A model generated the notes under the pieces. The model worked only from the letters and a program-made list of their open reading frames with translations, did no database searches and was not told the origin of the DNA. 64,000 bases of DNA from Ramazzottius varieornatus (lineage: Eukaryota > Animalia > Tardigrada), in assembly GCA_001949185.1 (NCBI GenBank), contig BDGG01000002.1, positions 4,826,448 to 4,890,447 on the forward strand, read 5' to 3'. A program made the position numbers and the translations under genes. Positions 61,001 to 64,000 of this stretch are shown one piece after another. Numbering within the stretch: the first letter of the stretch is position 1; every line of letters starts with the position of its first letter.

Positions 61001-63050
61001 CATGTTCAAAAAAACAATGGGAGTGGGCAAACAAAACGTCCAAGATTTGTATCGCAAGTGGCGTATGTGTTCGTTGTTATCGGCTGGAAGAGTGCGCCAC
61101 TCAAGAAGAGAATCTCGTTCGTTCTTTTTGCCCAGCTCCTAGATACATATTATGTACAGTACTGTACTCGGTGGTCTGCACTACCAGTCTTCCTGCAGGT
61201 GTTTTCTGTGCTGGACGGTGTAGTCAGAGGAGAGCTGTTCTGGTCGGCGGACTGTACGAACGGTCATAAGATCAACGTGAACAAAGAGTTTGTCAAACTA
61301 GGCTATGCATTCCGCGGGCGCGAAAGCTGGATTTCGGAAGTAAGATGCAGAAGTACTGTCTGACGAGTGGTGATGTCTAATCGTATTTCTGTCGCAGTAC
61401 GATCACAAGTCGCGGAGTGCTCCTGTGATGGGCGACCCACTTCCTTCTTCTATTGATCCTGTGTACGAGCAAATCCCAGAAGCGATGTCAACTGACGTAA
61501 CGGTAAGCTAAATTTTGTCACAGTAAACCCTGAACCGATTTAGCTGTTTGAAAAAATACACTACTGCTTTATGTGTACCTTACTTTGTAGTTTTATGGAG
61601 GACCAGTCAGATTTCCGAACAGTGCGCGACTTGCTCAGATTAGACGAGATAAGCTGTGAGTGTTCTTACATCTATAAGATTGGTTTTCGTCCTTTGATGG
61701 TGGCGTGATGCTCTCAGCTCAGCGAATGTGGAGGGCTCCAGTCTTTGCGCTTTTCCATACGAGATGCATCCGCAGGACGATTCGTGGCCCTATCGGCCCG
61801 TCGTCGGTTGCTTCTTGGAACATCCCGGTCACACCGAGGAGCGACTGCGAGTGTACCATGCGACGGCTCTGCCCACACAACCAGGACTACTGAGCATCAT
61901 TATCATGGCTTTCGCACCTTACGTCGAACTAGTGTAAATGTGGTGAATAGGAAAGAGGTCGGTAGTTGGGAACTGGGTAAACCAAACGTACAGTGTTGTT
62001 ATCTCAACTGGCGCACGTTGGCATTGTACTTCACTGGGTTGGTGCGCCACTTAGGATACCGATCTTGTACGTTTTACTTGCCCAGATCCAGTTATGGGCT
62101 TCTTAAATCTGTTATCTTGTGCTGATTTCTGTTGCGGGTAGTCCCATCGTTCAGAATGAGCTTTCTTGTTCGTTTAGTGCTTTGGACAACCAGCTTGTGG
62201 GATCGATCAGCGGTCTGGGACCTTACCCGGGTAAACCTTACAGCTTCTACCAGGACACGGAAGTGGATTTAGCCTTTGACGCCCGCTTCGACGCGGACGA
62301 CATTTCCCAGGTATAGGCTTCGGTATTTCGAAGGACCCTCTATTGGATATTCGGTATGTTTCTTATCACGGTGTGGAAAATGGTTTTCAGATTCAGAATC
62401 TGCGGGCAGAAATGGGCCTGGTCTTGGTGAAGCTCAGTGAGCAGAATCAGCAGACTAGTCGAGAAACAGTTCTGGAACTACAAAAGCGTCTCTCGTATGG
62501 GTTGATCAGGTTCGATACTCGTACAGCTTATTTTATCCGTTTGAAGTTACTTACAACGTGCTTTTGCTTTTAATATGTTAGATTGCTGGATAAGCCTCGA
62601 CTTCCAGTGGATCGCCCAACACATTGGGGACAGTACAACTGGTCGCTCATGGACCCGCTCGCTCTGGATCCCAAAGTTGCCGGTTCGTTCCTGCTACCGA
62701 TGGAGGTTCCACTCATCAATGCCGCTTCGAGCTCTTCGTCTGGCCTCTTCGGGAATATCACAGCGTTACACAGAAGTCTTCAAAAGTATACAGCCAAACA
62801 AACTAGGCGGTCGACCCAGTTTACCTTGTTTAGCCTTGCTATAGATTTTGTGTTTTTTAGAATGATGTTTGGGAAGACGGTAACCAGTGGGCATCCCACG
62901 AACGCACCGGAAGGGATGGAACACCGATGCTTGCTGTGCAGCACTCAGCTAGCGGGACTGAACTCCTTTCTCGACCATCTCTACTCATCTGAACACATCA
63001 CTCGTGAAGAAGCCGTAATTGGTCAAAGACCTCGTTCCAGAGATCATTAG
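55087..63050 (+). CDS. spn-E: Spindle-E/TDRD9 DExH helicase with Tudor domain
   Basis: LPVFAHK, GMTGTGKSTQVP, TQPRRLAA, VGYQVG, TYCTTG, LDEIHERDQDTD, MSAT, VLVFLPG, STNIAESSVT and QRKGRVGR. HA2 (LTLLG..IARLP.D), LAGAFYPN, a Tudor-like region, FAPYVEL and a C-terminal C2H2-like finger (CLLC...H....H). Confidence 0.9.
59843..59968. repeat. Palindromic family copy in spn-E intron
   Basis: GCAGATCGTGTTTCCAAGTGCCGCAC is the inverse of GTGCGCCACTTGAGATAACGATCTGGTTCAA...CCCACGTCCCA. Confidence 0.75.
61016..61142. repeat. Palindromic family copy in spn-E intron
   Basis: GGGAGTGGGCAAA...CAAGTGGCG is the inverse of GTGCGCCACTCAAG...TTTGCCCAGCTCC. Confidence 0.7.
61966..62091. repeat. Palindromic family copy in spn-E intron
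   Basis: GGAACTGGGTAA...TTATCTCAACTGGCGCAC is the inverse of GTGCGCCACTTAGGATACCGATC...TTGCCCAGATCC. Confidence 0.7.
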
Positions 63051-63674
63051 TGTTACGTCTGCTCACGTTTTCCACCTTCGCCGATACTCTCAACTTCTAC
63101 GTTCCTGTGATTTCTTTTCCGGCCTGGACCGTGAGCGATTTTTGTGTTACGAAATTGTTGAAATTTGCGGTACAGTGCCAGATAGTTGGCTATTATGGTG
63201 CAGATTCCGGACGGACCTAGTTGAATATTTGACTGAACTGAAATTGATTTTGTTTTATCGCGTATCTGTGTACACGTGTACCTTAATTCATGGAGCTTCT
63301 GTCCACAGTAGAATATCTCAACAAGAGTAATTTTCACAAATCGCTGCGAACAAAACCAGAGTTTAATTCAGATAATAACTGATAACATGCATCTAAGAAC
63401 TAGAAGCTCTTCAAGGGAACTGTTCGACTGGAAAATGCCAATAACGGCAAAAGAAGCGAAGCGCAAAAAGCGACAACTAAGAGTTTAATCAAACAATGGA
63501 TAAAACTGATGCAAATATGGAATAAATACAATCCGCATGAAAAGGCAAGTACAGTAGTAACACCTTATGTTGAGGCAGACAAAACAATTATAGTTACCGT
63601 GCACGGCGCATCAGCTACCAAAAGCACCTGTTGACAATCCAAACACCATTCGAATCCTCGCGAACAAAGGACGT

Positions 63675-64000
63675 TTAAGTCTGGCGTACCCACAAATTCG
63701 CTTTCGAATCATACGGATCCGGAACAGAACGAAACTTGGGACCAGTAGTTAGCTGTAGTCTTCCAGTATATCTTACTTGTCCAGGTTCTGGCTCCGGTGT
63801 GGCACATGGGGAAACGCTTCGCGAAGGACTGCGGGAGTGTGGTCTGCAATAATGCGTCTCTGGACTGAGTTTCCGACGACGACCAGGTTCGGGGTTGGTA
63901 GTGCTCCGCTTTGTGGCTTTTCGAGCAGGCGGTGTGATGGCTTTCCGTACAGTCAACTCCGTACACATTCTCTTCTTGATCTCGGGTCTCTTGACGAAAT
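63675..64000 (-). CDS. Probable last exon of an unidentified gene running off the window
   Basis: Frame open from the window edge (FVKRPEIKKRMCTEL...) to a stop at 63675; basic and Ser/Pro-rich; convergent with spn-E. Confidence 0.4.
   Translation of the reverse strand, partial: FVKRPEIKKRMCTELTVRKAITPPARKATKRSTTNPEPGRRRKLSPETHYCRPHSRSPSRSVSPCATPEPEPGQVRYTGRLQLTTGPKFRSVPDPYDSKANLWVRQT

Noticed and set aside
733-62091. CRISPR or REP-like interpretation of the palindromes, or bacterial DNA
   Set aside because: Copies are dispersed with no repeat-spacer array. The genes are spliceosomal-intron metazoan genes, and no cas or bacterial-like ORFs were seen.

Overview
This is compact, intron-rich animal genomic DNA with short GT-AG introns and mostly sub-kb intergenic gaps. 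A tardigrade source (Ramazzottius-like) is my inference from the compact layout and the lone ftz-type Hox gene; it is not proven. Genes in order: a 5'-truncated MACPF+ApeC (apextrin-like) gene; an intronless Lys-rich orphan; a solitary ftz/Lox5-type Hox gene in a ~14 kb gene-poor block; DENND6; RRP9; MRPS34; PQBP1; a divergent CLK/LAMMER kinase; SLMAP; CHMP6; ABCF3; a decayed Ly6-like gene; an SGNH/PC-esterase-like gene; an unknown gene; a SEPT2-group septin with an altered G3 motif; a decayed Armitage/MOV10-like helicase head-to-head with an apparently intact spindle-E/TDRD9; and the 3' end of an unknown gene. Mobile DNA includes a nested stack of three TIR elements in the SLMAP intron (each with its own target-site duplication), three other MITEs, and a dispersed ~130-bp palindromic repeat family with at least 9 copies. 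The most notable items are the divergent piRNA-helicase pair, the nested elements, the palindrome family and the ftz locus. Exon boundaries were read by eye and identities come from motif recognition, not database searches.
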